Shown: one piece after another, positions 61,741 to 64,000 of the stretch
Layout: the number at the start of each line of letters is the position of its first letter
How positions within the stretch are numbered: the first letter of the stretch is position 1
Source: Epiperipatus broadwayi
Lineage: Eukaryota; Animalia; Onychophora
Direction of reading: 5' to 3'
DNA length: 64,000 nucleotides
Assembly (NCBI GenBank): GCA_028023455.1
Contig: JAQFVV010000003.1
Span: 24,800,001-24,864,000, forward strand
Translations under genes and position numbers: made by a program
Notes under the pieces: model-generated
What the model saw: the letters and a program-made list of their open reading frames with translations, nothing else
Told to the model about the DNA's origin: nothing
Database searches by the model: none

Positions 61741-64000
61741 CTTCTACTGAACTCCTGAGCAATAAAGCCATATGAGTTTTCTCTTTTTTAGTGACTAGTT
61801 GTAACTAATCAAAAATGACAATAAATAAATAAATTAACGTCTACATTATTCTTACATGGATTGAAACCCATGGTTTGAACTATAAATAAAAAATATATTT
61901 TTTTACAGAATATCATCATCACTTTATATTATTACTGATCTATTACAAGATGAAAATATCTCCACATTTTTCCTCTAGAAAGTTACCTTATTTTATTCAT
62001 CCATCTCATATGTGTACTGGTCGGATTTGTATGTTCACATAACAAGATCTAGCATCTAGGCAAAAGTACCTCGAATCCAATCAGATGCAAGATACATAAG
62101 TCAGGAACCCTTATGAATTCTGCCCTATTTGCCTATTTTCCAGATCTACCAACTTATGAGCAACAATCCCAATGATATAGAGATAACTTTACCTCTCCCT
62201 GCCGGCAACGCTCATCAGAGATACAAAAAGACTCTAAGTTAATTTAATGATAGATAGACTTAAAACAAACCATAATTTATGAGCAATGAAGGCTCGTGAC
62301 CTTGCACAATAATTAGATATCTAAGCGGGGATCATCTAGTCGAATTGAGCATAATTAATAACTTAATATATTAACTTAACTAAAAGAAAGCAATGATTCG
62401 AGAGTTGATATATGTATTTCAGATTTATTCTATTAATAACAAATAAATATGTCTGGTTATTTACCCGATACTAGCCTCGTGAATATAATTCAGTTTTTAC
62501 AATACCTTGGTGATACTCACGGCTATGCCAATAATGTACATATATAACTTAGGAAAGTAGCGCTATTGGAAATGTGAGACTAAAATACTACTCCACCCCC
62601 AAGAGAAATGAAAAGAGCATTTACCGACTTGAAATAAAATAATTTAACAGGCAAATATTACATTTAGTTTTTTATTCAATATTATTATTAGTTTGATTGG
62701 TAAAGTGATAAATGTGCGGGACGGATAATGAATACTTATAGGAGTGAGAATAAATTTATCGCACTGACACACATAGTAAATAATGGGAATATATGTTCGT
62801 TTAGAGAAATCATCGCATTACAACTTATGGCTATTCCTGGGTGACTAAAAATATACTGAAAGGCAGTACGTGCATGACGGCAGGTTAGGATGGCCCAATT
62901 ATGGATCCTGGAGTGTGCTTCATGAATTTTATTAACGAAATTTACCGATGTCCTCTGCGAACGTAGGCAGGATCATTTTTGAAATGAAGGGTGGTCGGCA
63001 ATGCATTTATTGGGCTGGATTTCCCAGAGCGATCCCCATATAAAGCATGCTTATACGACCAAATATGTCCCCAGGGTGGTTTTACAGCCTGGTTCAAGGA
63101 CATTGAGAAACGACGATGGGGATCGACTTAGCGAATACCTCCATGTTAGAGAGAAGCACAAATATATATAAGACGAAATGGCCTATCAATGCTTAAGAAT
63201 ACAATATAACTATAACTTTAAAGATTATTTTAACTTTTTAACTGCCCATAAATTGTGAAATACCCAGCATAATGGTATGGTTTCTTCATCAAACAAACAT
63301 GGATAATACATTTAATTAAACAAAAGTTTAAGATCTGAAGATCCTCCCCCCCTTTATATTACTTAATATTATTCATAACTTCCCACACACCTAACAAATC
63401 TCACTTTTTGGTCAATAAATGCCTTTATGAAAATATATGAATTAATACGAAAATAAATAGGCGGTGGTAATAGCTATGATGGGTTTAGATATATAACATA
63501 AATTGATAATAAGAAATAGCGCATTATTTAGAAAGGAAACATTTATAAAACAGATGTTGATCTGTTTTTCTATAGCAAACATAGAAAATAATTAACTTGT
63601 TTATCCCAAAATCACTAGCACTTGGACAAGCTGAATAAGACTTGTTTTGATTAAGTTATGAGTTAATTACCCAATAAATGATGGGTGGGAAAAATGAAAT
63701 AAATTACGTGCTGGCAATTTTAGAAATATTATTGGCATTTTTCTTTTTTAAAACATAAATACATAAATATAAACTAAAATTATTTGCAGCATGAAATAAA
63801 AGAAAAGAAAACATTTTATAAGAGGCTTAGTAGCAATAAGTTATATAGAGTTATAAAAGAATTACATACCAGGAAAATATTTAATATATATATATATATA
63901 ATCAGAACACAGAAGAAATCTTACAAGGAAGGCAGGATTTAAGAATTATGAGCGGCTAAAGTTCTTTTTTTATCTTGCTGTCTGGAAGAGCAATTTTGAT

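Overview
AT-rich, CpG-poor eukaryotic genomic DNA, probably from an invertebrate animal (species cannot be determined from the sequence), and mostly made of decayed transposable elements. Recognisable elements are RTE-clade LINEs (one nearly intact 5'-truncated copy at 52.6-55.0 kb nested in an old Ty3/gypsy LTR element at 49.3-56.8 kb), a second gypsy pol relic, two Penelope-like element (PLE) relics, a hAT MITE with an 8-bp TSD, a Kolobok-like DNA element, tRNA-derived SINEs and a ~665-bp (TCTA)n array. Host gene evidence is limited to one well-supported minus-strand coding exon (1357-1500) plus a likely terminal exon; I cannot name the gene. The main signal is non-coding: about a dozen minimal type I hammerhead ribozyme (HHR) motifs (CUGANGA / stem II / GAAA / short, mostly palindromic stem III / NUH / stem I). 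They sit in at least three ORF-less ~420-500-bp repeat families that occur as partial tandems and inverted fold-backs, with compensatory base changes between families. This matches PLE pseudo-LTRs or non-LTR retrozymes. All coordinates and alignments were read by eye; no searches, folding or identity calculations were run.
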